In this document: piece after piece, positions 8,496 through 16,846 of the stretch
Position numbering within the stretch: position 1 is the stretch's first letter
Layout of the letters: every line of letters starts with the position of its first letter
NCBI RefSeq assembly: GCF_000015945.1
Contig: NC_009033.1
Coordinates: forward strand, 630,001 to 662,000
Direction: 5' to 3'
DNA length: 32,000 nucleotides
Source: Staphylothermus marinus F1
GTDB lineage: Archaea > Thermoproteota > Thermoprotei_A > Sulfolobales > Desulfurococcaceae
Made by a program: the position numbers and the translations under genes
The notes under the pieces: generated by a model
The model's database searches: none
Told to the model about the DNA's origin: nothing
What the model saw: the letters and a program-made list of their open reading frames with translations, nothing else

Positions 8496-9667
8496 TGTAT
8501 CTTACTCGTGAACAGGAGAGAATGATTAATGGAGAATATGGATGGGTTACTGCTAGAGCGTTAAAAGTAATAGTTAAGGTTGGAGAAGCTCTGGGGGCAG
8601 AAAAACTTATTCCAATAAGTCATGCCCATGTATCAGGCATATCTTATAGTAACATAGGCGACCCCGGCTTATTATTTATTAAAGAACTATATGAGAAGGG
8701 AGGGAGAAGCAGAGTATATACAACAGTGAATCCTGGATGCATAGACTTACTTGGATACTCACGTATAATTAGTAGAGAATACTATGATAAACAACTAGTT
8801 ATTAATAATTTTTTAGAAGGAATGGGGTTTAAACCAACATATACGTGTATCCCATATTTCCATAGAATACCTGGTGTAAACGAGCATTTAGCGTGGGGAG
8901 AGAGCAACGCTGTTATCATTGCTAACAGCTTCTATGGTGCAAGAACCAATAGGGAAGGAGGACCTCTTGCATTAGCAGCCGCTATTACGGGGTATACATA
9001 CTATGCTGGGCTCCACTTGTTAAATAATAGAGTTGCTGAGAAGAAAATAGTTCTTCCAAAACATTTACCCGAAGATTATTATGGTGCATCTGGTTTATGG
9101 ATAGGTGAAAATATTAGAGAAATACCGATATTAGAGAATGCTCCTACGAATATATATGATTTAAAAATACTTATGGCAGCAGCGGCGGCTAGCGGTAGTC
9201 ATGGATTAATTGTTATAGATGGTTTAACACCTAAAGGAACATATAAGATTAGTGATCGTGTTGAGAAAATATTTGTTGAAAAAACTAGTTTAGAGAAATA
9301 CTTGGGTGAAGAGCCAAGCTGTGATCAGAGAATTCTGGGATATGTTGGATGCCCACACCTGCACCCCTCAGAACTATTCTGGCTAGTAAGATATTTGTTA
9401 AAGAAAAGTTCTCCTAGGAGAGACAATGTATTATTAGTATCTATACCGAGGATCTATGCTGAAACATATAGGGATTTATTAGAGCTTCTTAGACTGCGAG
9501 GTGTAGATGTAGCTGTAGGAACATGTCCTATAGTGTCGCGTTTGAAAAACGGCTTTGACTTAGTTGTTACGAATAGTGGTAAAGCAGCTTTTTACCTGCG
9601 TAGACTCCACGGGTTAAAAGTGAGATTGTCTTCTTTCAAGAAGGTTGTGGAGGCTGTTTATAGTTGA
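8495..9667 (+). CDS. Aconitase X (AcnX/DUF521) large subunit; candidate phosphomevalonate dehydratase large subunit
   Basis: MYLTREQERMINGEYGWVTARALKVIVKVGEALGAEKLIPISHAHVSGISY... is the typical DUF521 N-terminus. It overlaps both neighbours (operon). Confidence 0.75.
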   Translation: MYLTREQERMINGEYGWVTARALKVIVKVGEALGAEKLIPISHAHVSGISYSNIGDPGLLFIKELYEKGGRSRVYTTVNPGCIDLLGYSRIISREYYDKQLVINNFLEGMGFKPTYTCIPYFHRIPGVNEHLAWGESNAVIIANSFYGARTNREGGPLALAAAITGYTYYAGLHLLNNRVAEKKIVLPKHLPEDYYGASGLWIGENIREIPILENAPTNIYDLKILMAAAAASGSHGLIVIDGLTPKGTYKISDRVEKIFVEKTSLEKYLGEEPSCDQRILGYVGCPHLHPSELFWLVRYLLKKSSPRRDNVLLVSIPRIYAETYRDLLELLRLRGVDVAVGTCPIVSRLKNGFDLVVTNSGKAAFYLRRLHGLKVRLSSFKKVVEAVYS

Positions 9668-10059
9668 AGCTTTTTCCTGTAAAAATAATTGTTGACGGCG
9701 ACTGTGAAGGAGAACCTGTAGTTATCAATAGAAGTATTAGTTTCTTCGGCGAAGTAGATCCAATTAATGGAATAGTTAGACCCGAAAATATATCTATTAC
9801 TGGGAAAGCTTTAATTTTCCGTGGAAGTAGGGGGTCAACTGTCGGTTCATATATTATTTATGCATTAAGATACTATGGAAAATCACCATCATGCATGATT
9901 GTTGAGAATGCTGAGCCAATATTAATTACTGGATGCGTGCTCTCCGATACTCCTTTATTTGTTACTGACAATTATAATGAACTCACGAGATACGTTATGG
10001 AGAAAACGAGAACTATAGTTCACGAGAAGGGGAGGGGATTCATAGTTGTCAGAGAATAA
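9664..10059 (+). CDS. Aconitase X swivel-domain small subunit (DUF126); candidate phosphomevalonate dehydratase small subunit
   Basis: 131 aa. FRGSRGSTVGSYIIYAL...AEPILITGCVL matches the DUF126 G-S-T-V-G-S pattern. 4-nt overlap with the large subunit. Confidence 0.75.
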   Translation: MKLFPVKIIVDGDCEGEPVVINRSISFFGEVDPINGIVRPENISITGKALIFRGSRGSTVGSYIIYALRYYGKSPSCMIVENAEPILITGCVLSDTPLFVTDNYNELTRYVMEKTRTIVHEKGRGFIVVRE

Positions 10060-10645
10060 TGGTTTCTTCCTCGTACTTGAAGGTATAGATGGAGCGGGAA
10101 AAACAAGTATTGCCTTTAAGCTTAGAGATTTCCTTGTTGAGAAAGGATTTAATGTTCACTATACATACGAGCCCTATAACACATTATATGTTGAAGCATT
10201 AAAGAAAAAATATAATGAATACCGGGATGCATATCTCGACGCACTAACATATGCTGCTGATCGACTAGTCCATATTAGAACAGAAATTCTCCCATATCTT
10301 CGCAGAGGATACATAGTCATATGTGATCGCTACTATTATAGTAGTGCAGCTTATCAATCAGCTCAAGGAGCCCCTATAGAATGGGTTCTCGAAATCAACA
10401 AATACGCTCTCAAACCTGATTTAACCATATACTTAGACGTCGACCCAGCCATAGGGGTTAAAAGGCGAAAAGGGTTAAACACTCGTTTTCCAGAATATGA
10501 AAAACTCGATTTCCTATATAGGGTTAGAGAGAACTATTTATGGCTTGTAGATAAGGGCTATATGGTTCTTGTTGATGCAAATAGAGAGTTCGATAAGGTA
10601 TATCGTGATGTTGAGAAAATAGTTCTTGAACACTTGGTTTTCTAG
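10046..10645 (+). CDS. tmk: Thymidylate kinase
   Basis: FLVLEGIDGAGKTS P-loop, DRYYYSSAAYQ and a LID-like RRKG region. ~200 aa. Confidence 0.85.
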   Translation: MSENNGFFLVLEGIDGAGKTSIAFKLRDFLVEKGFNVHYTYEPYNTLYVEALKKKYNEYRDAYLDALTYAADRLVHIRTEILPYLRRGYIVICDRYYYSSAAYQSAQGAPIEWVLEINKYALKPDLTIYLDVDPAIGVKRRKGLNTRFPEYEKLDFLYRVRENYLWLVDKGYMVLVDANREFDKVYRDVEKIVLEHLVF

Positions 10646-10647
10646 TA

Positions 10648-11019
10648 TTATTTTTCACTAATAAGCTTCTTTATCCTCCTTATACGTTCAAGTACTTCTA
10701 ACCACTCTATAAGCTCTGAGGTTTGAGGAATAGTATTGTTTGAGAGATCGTCGAGGATCAATAATACTTTGTTCTCCAATTTATCCAAAACACTTCTCAG
10801 TGAAAGCTTCTCTTTCACCTCAAGTGCTTCCTCTTCTGTTTTGACCATGTATACTTTTCCATGAACAGGACAAACTATTTCTCCGCTTGGAAGCTTAAAT
10901 AATGGGAGATTACATCCTTTAACAGGACATGTTTCTGCAAGCATTGTTGCACCACTCTTTAATAGCTCAGCCATTTTCTTTACTGGATCTATTTTTCCAC
11001 TCATTTTCTTCACCAACAC
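10648..11019 (-). CDS. Small zinc-ribbon protein (UPF0148 / autoantigen-p27-like family)
   Basis: CPVKGCNLPLFKLPSGEIVCPVHG zinc-ribbon followed by a coiled-coil-like tail. The family assignment is from memory of the pattern only. Confidence 0.5.
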   Translation of the reverse strand: MLVKKMSGKIDPVKKMAELLKSGATMLAETCPVKGCNLPLFKLPSGEIVCPVHGKVYMVKTEEEALEVKEKLSLRSVLDKLENKVLLILDDLSNNTIPQTSELIEWLEVLERIRRIKKLISEK

Positions 11020-11147
11020 TTATAATACTAGTATTTTCTAGTATTCTTTATAGAGGAAAATATTTATTGTCTAATACATGTCGATGATTATTTAGTTTTA
11101 TACTAGTAACATATATCTAGGCAGTATATGGTGGAGGTGTGGTATAA

Positions 11148-11420
11148 ATGGGTGTTAGAATAATGGATAATGAAACCAAGATCAGGAATGCTATGTATAT
11201 GTTAATGAGCATAATTAATGATACAGCTGTTCCAAGAAACATTAGGAGAGCAGCAACTGAAGCATTGAATCACTTACGAAACCCGAAGCTCACACCCGGT
11301 GTTAGAGCTGCTAATGCTATTAGTGTATTAGATTCTATCAGCCAAGATCCAAATATGCCTATTAATACTAGGACGAAGATATGGCAAATAATAGCTATAC
11401 TAGAAACGGTTAGAGACTAA
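11148..11420 (+). CDS. Small helical-repeat protein (UPF0147-like)
   Basis: 90-aa ORF with strong SD GGAGGTG (11133-11139) 8 nt upstream of the ATG. Repeated PRNIRRAA / PINTRTKI helix motifs. Confidence 0.55.
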   Translation: MGVRIMDNETKIRNAMYMLMSIINDTAVPRNIRRAATEALNHLRNPKLTPGVRAANAISVLDSISQDPNMPINTRTKIWQIIAILETVRD

Positions 11421-11454
11421 TGATTCTCTTATCTAGGAAGGGGTTAGTAGGAGA

Positions 11455-12888
11455 TTGTGTACGGGTGTTAGAGTTAGAGGTATTACTGCAACTGCAGTTT
11501 CCAAGATATTATTAGATAAAGGATATAGAATAGTTCAAGCAAGCAATATTATACGTGAAAGATTCAATCTTCCCCTAGACACTTCTCCAGCTGATGTGAC
11601 CGTTAAAGATGCTGATAAGGACGAATTACTAGTACTGGGCTTCTATGGCCACGCTGATAAAGTATACAATGATCTCGTGGATGAGCTAGAGTATTCTTTC
11701 AAATGGGTTTCACCAGTAGGATTACACAGTATACATCTAGGCTTGATTAGGGATAGAGTAGGGGATAAATGCATAGTTGAGATAGGAAACAATGTTAAAG
11801 GAGTGCTTCCCCGGTGTAACATGGATATTGGCAAGAAGGTTTTAGTTGGAGTAGCTAAAGCCCCTATTAAGCCAGGCGAAGAAGCTTTACTAACACGTAG
11901 TATCCGAGTAGTTGGTAAATATGTTTCCATAATATATGGAAAACCTTCACTAACAATATCGGAGCACATACGTGACCATGATAAAAGAGAGTATTTACTA
12001 GCTATTGCCATGTCTAAAATAATGGGTTCAGGGCTAGGAGTTCATTTAAGAAGCAGTAGTCAATATGCTGGAAAAGATGAAATAGAAAGGGAAATAGATG
12101 AGTTAAAACAAAAACTAAGAGAACTACTAGATAAAGCTAAACACATAGAAGATGCTCCCACAATACTTTATGAGGGAGAATTCATAGGTTTAATAGGGCT
12201 AACCAGTCTAGCAAAAGAAAAGCTTGATTCATATAGAGACAAAGTAGTTCCTACAATTACTAGGCATCATAGCCTTAAAAGCTGTGATAATGTTATGAGC
12301 GATATAGTAGATTACTCGGAGATCCTTCTAAGGCACGGCATCTCTAGGAAAATAATATATGATGCATTATCGGACTATATTTTGGAGAAGAACAGGTCTC
12401 TCCCAAAAATAAGAATTATTCATATAAAACCAGATGGAACAACTCATACATTATCTCCAGGAACAATATATGAGATAGTGAAGTCTGAGAAAGGAGTAAA
12501 GATTGTTTTAAAGAGAACATTGAGGAATATAGGAGTCTATGATGGATTAGGCGTGGAGAAGAAGCCTGGAGATATAGATTATATGGTGATCGAGGAGAAC
12601 TCATGGATTATAAGCCATAACTACTACCGCGGAAACGAATGGCTTGGTTCATATATAAACATAAATACACCGCCAGAAATACTTCCTGGTATCATTAAAT
12701 ATCATGATCTATTAATAGATGTTATTGTGAAAAATACTGGTGAAGCACGTATAATTGATGAAGAAGAGCTTAAAACATATTATGAAAAAGAGATTATACC
12801 CGAGAAACTATATGAGAAAGCACTAGAGGTAGCTAAGTCTATTCTGGAAAACCATAGATTGTTAATTTATAGACCGAACCAACAATAG
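11455..12888 (+). CDS. FAU-1 / RNase E/G-like RNA-binding ribonuclease homolog (C-terminal DUF402-like)
   Basis: 477-aa ORF. The N-terminus (RVRGITATAVSKILLDKGYRIVQAS), overall size and S1-like region are as in archaeal FAU-1. Assignment is from pattern memory. Confidence 0.55.
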   Translation: MCTGVRVRGITATAVSKILLDKGYRIVQASNIIRERFNLPLDTSPADVTVKDADKDELLVLGFYGHADKVYNDLVDELEYSFKWVSPVGLHSIHLGLIRDRVGDKCIVEIGNNVKGVLPRCNMDIGKKVLVGVAKAPIKPGEEALLTRSIRVVGKYVSIIYGKPSLTISEHIRDHDKREYLLAIAMSKIMGSGLGVHLRSSSQYAGKDEIEREIDELKQKLRELLDKAKHIEDAPTILYEGEFIGLIGLTSLAKEKLDSYRDKVVPTITRHHSLKSCDNVMSDIVDYSEILLRHGISRKIIYDALSDYILEKNRSLPKIRIIHIKPDGTTHTLSPGTIYEIVKSEKGVKIVLKRTLRNIGVYDGLGVEKKPGDIDYMVIEENSWIISHNYYRGNEWLGSYININTPPEILPGIIKYHDLLIDVIVKNTGEARIIDEEELKTYYEKEIIPEKLYEKALEVAKSILENHRLLIYRPNQQ

Positions 12889-12941
12889 CAACTGGTTATT
12901 CTCCATATAGAAGTATTGTTCTAATAATTTAGTAATTTAGA

Positions 12942-13064
12942 TGGTGCGGGGGGTGGGATTTGAACCCACGCAGGCCTACGCCAGCGGATCTCCCCTGGGC
13001 CGAACCACTATATGTTGGCCCTGTCTTGAGTCCGCCCCCTTTAACCTGGCTCGGGCACCCCCGC
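12942..13064 (-). tRNA. tRNA-Leu (anticodon CAA), class II, with 35-nt intron at 37/38, 3' CCA encoded
   Basis: Reverse complement: GCGGGGG acceptor, anticodon stem GCGGA/UCCGC with loop CUCAAG[intron ACAGGGCC...CCCAGGGGAG]A. The variable arm and T-arm are identical to the tRNA-Leu at 3251-3338. Confidence 0.85.
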
Positions 13065-13195
13065 TTTTCTCCATTATTTTTACTGGTCTATAATCCCATT
13101 TTAATCCTTACCTTTATCGATGATATTGTTTATTTATGGATTTATACAGTATTCACTTGTCGAGGAGTATATGTGTTTTTACATGGTGGATTACT

Positions 13196-14242
13196 GTGGA
13201 ACTACTATATACAGTTAATCCAGGTATTGAGGATATTGCGTCTGAAGAGATTAGAGCTGAGCTAGGCGGTGTTACTAGTTTTGAAAATATGAGTGGGCAT
13301 GTATATCATGTTGTTGATAATGTTAGTTTTGAAGCTATTTATAGGCTTAGAAGCATTAATCGCGCATTCATCTTGTTGTTTAAGAGCAGAATTGGTTCTC
13401 GAACAAATGATTTAATAAAGCTTAGGGAAGAACTGTTTTCTTCTCTTGAAACAATTCATTACTATATAACTCCCTATACATCATTTGCAGTTGATACAGA
13501 ACGTCTAGGTAGTCACGAATATACATCTATGGATATTTCACGTATTGTTGGAGAAATAATTATTAAGAAAGTTGAAGAGAAAACAGGTATTAAGCCAGTT
13601 GTTAATTTGAGAACACCACATATCATAGTCCACGTATTTGTGAAGGATGAGAACTTCTTTCTCGGAGTTTCGCTAACAGGTTCTAGGAGTCTTCATAGGA
13701 GAGGATATAGAATATATGATCATCCAGCAGCTCTTAAACCCACACTAGCATATGCAATGCTAACATTATCAGGTACGAGAGATAAACAAGTAATTGTTGA
13801 TCCAATGTGTGGTGGGGGAACTATTCCTATAGAAGCAGCTCTTCTCCATGAAGAAGCATACATTTATGGATACGATCGAAACCCGAGACATATTAGGGGA
13901 GCGAAACTTAATGCATATGCTTCAGGTGTCTATGGAAAAGTGGTTTTTGGTGTATGGGATGCTAGGAGATTACATGAGATCTTCGATGAACAAGTGGATC
14001 ATATAGTTAGTAATCCACCATACGGCATCCGCTACGGGGATCCAGTAGCTATTAGGAAACTATATAGAGACTTCTTGGATTCAACATATAAATCATTGAA
14101 ACCAGGTGGTCGATTAACTATTATAACAACAGAGTATAATTATGTGTTGAATAAAGCTAACTATATAGGTTTTAGAGTAGTCCATAAGAGAACAGTTCAA
14201 CATGGAGGATTATATCCTAAAATAGTTGTTTTAGAAAAATAG
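13196..14242 (+). CDS. THUMP-domain RNA (guanine-N2) methyltransferase, UPF0020/Trm14-like
   Basis: SAM motif VIVDPMCGGGTIPIEAA and catalytic NPPYG, with a THUMP-like N-terminal half. I prefer the in-frame GTG at 13196 (VELLYTVNPGIEDIA...) over track start 13136, whose extra residues look non-native. Confidence 0.75.
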   Translation: MELLYTVNPGIEDIASEEIRAELGGVTSFENMSGHVYHVVDNVSFEAIYRLRSINRAFILLFKSRIGSRTNDLIKLREELFSSLETIHYYITPYTSFAVDTERLGSHEYTSMDISRIVGEIIIKKVEEKTGIKPVVNLRTPHIIVHVFVKDENFFLGVSLTGSRSLHRRGYRIYDHPAALKPTLAYAMLTLSGTRDKQVIVDPMCGGGTIPIEAALLHEEAYIYGYDRNPRHIRGAKLNAYASGVYGKVVFGVWDARRLHEIFDEQVDHIVSNPPYGIRYGDPVAIRKLYRDFLDSTYKSLKPGGRLTIITTEYNYVLNKANYIGFRVVHKRTVQHGGLYPKIVVLEK

Positions 14243-14352
14243 TGGTTGCCCGTGCTTTATGATGCACGGGCTTCCCCCTCTTGGGTTGGGGCTTCATCCC
14301 TTCACGGAGGGGGCTATCGGGGCTCCACATAGACCACCTAGAGCCCTTCATC
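14243..14352 (-). ncRNA. Candidate structured small RNA module (unclassified); strand unresolved, minus preferred
   Basis: About 60% GC island (66/110 by my count) in AT-rich DNA. Three stems: GCCCGTGC/GCACGGGC (14248-14255 / 14264-14271), CCCCCT/AGGGGG (14274-14279 / 14308-14313) and GGGCTC/GAGCCC (14320-14325 / 14341-14346). The palindromic TATA-like box at 14384-14391 lies upstream in the minus sense. Confidence 0.35.
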
Positions 14353-14383
14353 TGCGTTTTATTAACCATTATATTATAGGGGG

Positions 14384-14391
14384 TTTATAAA
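14384..14391. promoter_or_regulatory. Palindromic TATA-like box TTTATAAA inside repeat copy 1
   Basis: A perfect TTTATAAA conserved in both repeat copies. In the minus sense it sits about 30 nt upstream of the GC-rich module. Confidence 0.4.
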
Positions 14392-14569
14392 GCGAACGCA
14401 TAAACATGAACACTACAAAACTATTATAGTTTTCATAATTTCCAAAACAACCATAATATCCAAATAAGCAAATAGTCTAGAAAATAGTAAAAGGTAAGTT
14501 TAAAATACTCGGTTAAAATCTACAAAAACGATAAAGAATAATGGTTGAATGATTAGGAGATGATGATAT

Positions 14570-15094
14570 ATGCCTCTAAGACCCGCTAGATGCTATACAC
14601 ATTTCAGCGGACCCCCATATACTAGGAGAGAATACATACCAGGCGTACCACAGCCTAAGATCGTGAAGTTTGAAATGGGCAATGTTCATGGAGACTATGA
14701 TTATAGAGCAGAACTAGTAATGATCGAGGCTGGACAAATAAGGCATAATGCATTAGAAGCCGCACGTGTTATGGCTAATAAATATTTAAGCTCAACTGTT
14801 GGAGACCAAAACTACTTCTTAAAAATACGTGTATACCCACACCATGTGCTAAGAGAGAATAAAATGATGGCTTTCGCAGGAGCAGATCGTCTACAAGATG
14901 GTATGAGACAAGCATTCGGAAAACCCATAGGAACAGCTGCTAGAGTTTATCCTGGAACAATAGTAATGGAGGTTAGGGTTAGGAAGGAACATGTTGAACA
15001 TGCTAAAGAGGCTCTTAGAAGAGCAGCTTCAAAACTACCATTACCGGCGAGAATAGTTTTCAAACCATTAAAGCCTGGTTTGAAACCCATATAA
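14570..15094 (+). CDS. rpl10e: 50S ribosomal protein L10e (uL16)
   Basis: [38 protein letters not shown] is the canonical L10e N-terminus. SD AGGAG at 14555-14559. Confidence 0.92.
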   Translation: MPLRPARCYTHFSGPPYTRREYIPGVPQPKIVKFEMGNVHGDYDYRAELVMIEAGQIRHNALEAARVMANKYLSSTVGDQNYFLKIRVYPHHVLRENKMMAFAGADRLQDGMRQAFGKPIGTAARVYPGTIVMEVRVRKEHVEHAKEALRRAASKLPLPARIVFKPLKPGLKPI

Positions 15095-15131
15095 AATATT
15101 TCTCCTCTACTCCATAACCGAGTAGATCTTT

Positions 15132-16175
15132 ATGAGTGAGAGTTTTTGTGAAAGCTATGAAGTTGATTATCAAGCATTAATCAATATTATTAGGGAAAAG
15201 AATGCTTCTAGGATTTTTATACAAGCTCCTGATGGTTTAAAAAAACTATACAGGTGCATCGGAGAATATATTACAGATAAACTATCCGATATCAAGATAT
15301 ATTATTCGGCATCCCCCTCATTCGGGGCATGCGATATTCCTTTAGAGGAGATAGAGGCTGTAAAGCCTGATCTAATTATTCATATAGGACATAATAAGTA
15401 CCCGTTTCTAAGCAGAAAAATAAACTATGATATAATATATTTGCCGGCATATTATAAGTGGAAGCCTACAAACAATATTATTAATATGTTAATTAATGAA
15501 TTCAAGAAATACAATGTTAAGAGAATAGGGTTGGTAGCATCTATACAACATGTTCACTCATTAGAGGAGGTAGCTGAAAAACTAGAGGAGCACGGATATA
15601 TTGCTTATATTGAAAAACCCGCATATAATGTAATGATGCCTGGCCAGATCCTTGGATGCGAATACTCAGCTGCATTGAGAATATACAGTAAAGTCGATTT
15701 ATACCTAGTGGTTGCAGGTGGGATTTTTCATGCTTTGGGTTTGTCCTTGATTGTTGATAAGCCTGTTATCATACTTGATCCGTATAGGCTACAAGTAATT
15801 AATCCTAGTAGTTACATTAAGCGTTTGAAGGCGAAAAGATACTATGTTTTATCAAAGCTCCGTAACGAATTGATCAGAAATGCTGGTATAATTATTGGTT
15901 CTAGGCCGGGACAATACAGACCTACATTGATCAAATATATTGAAAAGCTCCTAGAAGAACATGGCATTAAATATTACTTGTTTACCTCAACATATCTCAG
16001 CAGAGAACAATTGATCTCCATCGATAATTCGTACAACCTAGACTTATATATTATAACTAGTTGCCCCAGATTACCAATAGATGATTTCAACGACTTCTAT
16101 AAACCCGTAATTACTCCTGGAGAATTAATTATGGTTTTGAAAAATATTGTGGAGAAATATGTTTATCCATGGTAA
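15132..16175 (+). CDS. dph2: Diphthamide synthesis radical-SAM enzyme Dph2 (2-(3-amino-3-carboxypropyl)histidine synthase)
   Basis: FIQAPDGLKK, SFGACDI, GQILGCEY and ITSCPR give three conserved Cys-containing blocks. The ~345-aa size is as in archaeal Dph2. Confidence 0.8.
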   Translation: MSESFCESYEVDYQALINIIREKNASRIFIQAPDGLKKLYRCIGEYITDKLSDIKIYYSASPSFGACDIPLEEIEAVKPDLIIHIGHNKYPFLSRKINYDIIYLPAYYKWKPTNNIINMLINEFKKYNVKRIGLVASIQHVHSLEEVAEKLEEHGYIAYIEKPAYNVMMPGQILGCEYSAALRIYSKVDLYLVVAGGIFHALGLSLIVDKPVIILDPYRLQVINPSSYIKRLKAKRYYVLSKLRNELIRNAGIIIGSRPGQYRPTLIKYIEKLLEEHGIKYYLFTSTYLSREQLISIDNSYNLDLYIITSCPRLPIDDFNDFYKPVITPGELIMVLKNIVEKYVYPW

Positions 16176-16697
16176 AGATTATCTTTCATGTTTACCGTGA
16201 TAGTATGGGATGTGGGGCCTGGGAATATATTCTACACCCGGCCTTTGCTGTATTGCTTGCGGATATAGGTTCATTAATAAATAGACTTCTTGAGGAACAT
16301 CTGTTTTAACAGGCAACCCCAGCTCTTTAGCGTGTTCAACTGTTATTGGGTAATCATGTGTATAATATCCTTCCGTAAGCTTTTTTGCAACTTCAAAAGC
16401 TTTCTCCTCCGGCATCTTATCCTTTAATAACTGAACTATAAACTCCTGTATTTCACGTAGAGCTTTCTCCGCAATATCTGCATAAATTAATGTATCGTCG
16501 CTTGCCTTATCCCCTTTCATCTTAGCTATTTTTATCAAGCTAGGTGCTGGGAATGTTCCCTTAGGTGTTTGTAGCTGGGGATCTAGTGGTCCTAGAACAG
16601 CGTCTGGATCCATTATTGTTTCATCAGCAGCTAACGCTATAAGGGTCCCGCCGCTCATAGCATAGTGTGGTACAATAACTATTTTCTTCCCCTTATG

Positions 16698-16807
16698 TGG
16701 TTGCCCGTGCTTTATGATGCACGGGCTTCCCCCTCTTGGGTTGGGGCTTCATCCCTTCACGGAGGGGGCTATCGGGGCTCCACATAGACCACCTAGAGCC
16801 CTTCATC
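16698..16807 (-). ncRNA. Candidate structured small RNA module (unclassified), second copy
   Basis: Identical to 14243-14352 with the same three stems. Confidence 0.3.
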
Positions 16808-16838
16808 CGCATTTCATTAACCATTACATTATAGGGGG

Positions 16839-16846
16839 TTTATAAA
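16839..16846. promoter_or_regulatory. Palindromic TATA-like box TTTATAAA inside repeat copy 2
   Basis: Conserved counterpart of 14384-14391. Confidence 0.35.

Larger units (their letters stand above)
14243..14478. repeat. Bipartite repeat element, copy 1 (GC-rich 110-nt module + AT-rich tail)
   Basis: Direct repeat of 16698-16935. Bases 14243-14352 are identical to 16698-16807. The remainder is alignable but has substitutions and indels. Both copies end ...AATAGTCT. Boundaries are uncertain by about 1-3 nt. Confidence 0.9.

Noticed and set aside
12960-13265. Track ORF of 101 aa on the plus strand
   Set aside because: Its 5' part is the antisense of tRNA-Leu(CAA) and the rest is promoter/spacer. 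It is not coding.
14256-14263. AUGAUGC in the first hairpin loop and two GGAUGAAG repeats on the minus strand as K-turn / L7Ae-binding motifs
   Set aside because: I could not build a consistent C-stem / 3-nt bulge / tandem G.A arrangement with the flanking helices. Left as unclassified.
14243-14271. Minus-strand 3' end GCCCGUGC-loop-GCACGGGC-AACCA as a tRNA-like minihelix or tRNA half (Staphylothermus is reported to have a split tRNA-Lys)
   Set aside because: The stem is 8 bp with an 8-nt non-T-loop (AUCAUAAA). There is no T-loop consensus, no acceptor/anticodon half structure and no leader complementarity that I can see. The ACCA may be fortuitous.
14560-14566. Perfect C-box-like ATGATGA upstream of rpl10e (and another at 23462-23468) as C/D box sRNA signals
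   Set aside because: No appropriately spaced D/D'/C' boxes or terminal stem are present. One sits between the SD and the ATG of rpl10e, and the other is the Met-Met start of the STT3-like gene. These are coincidental in AT-rich sequence.
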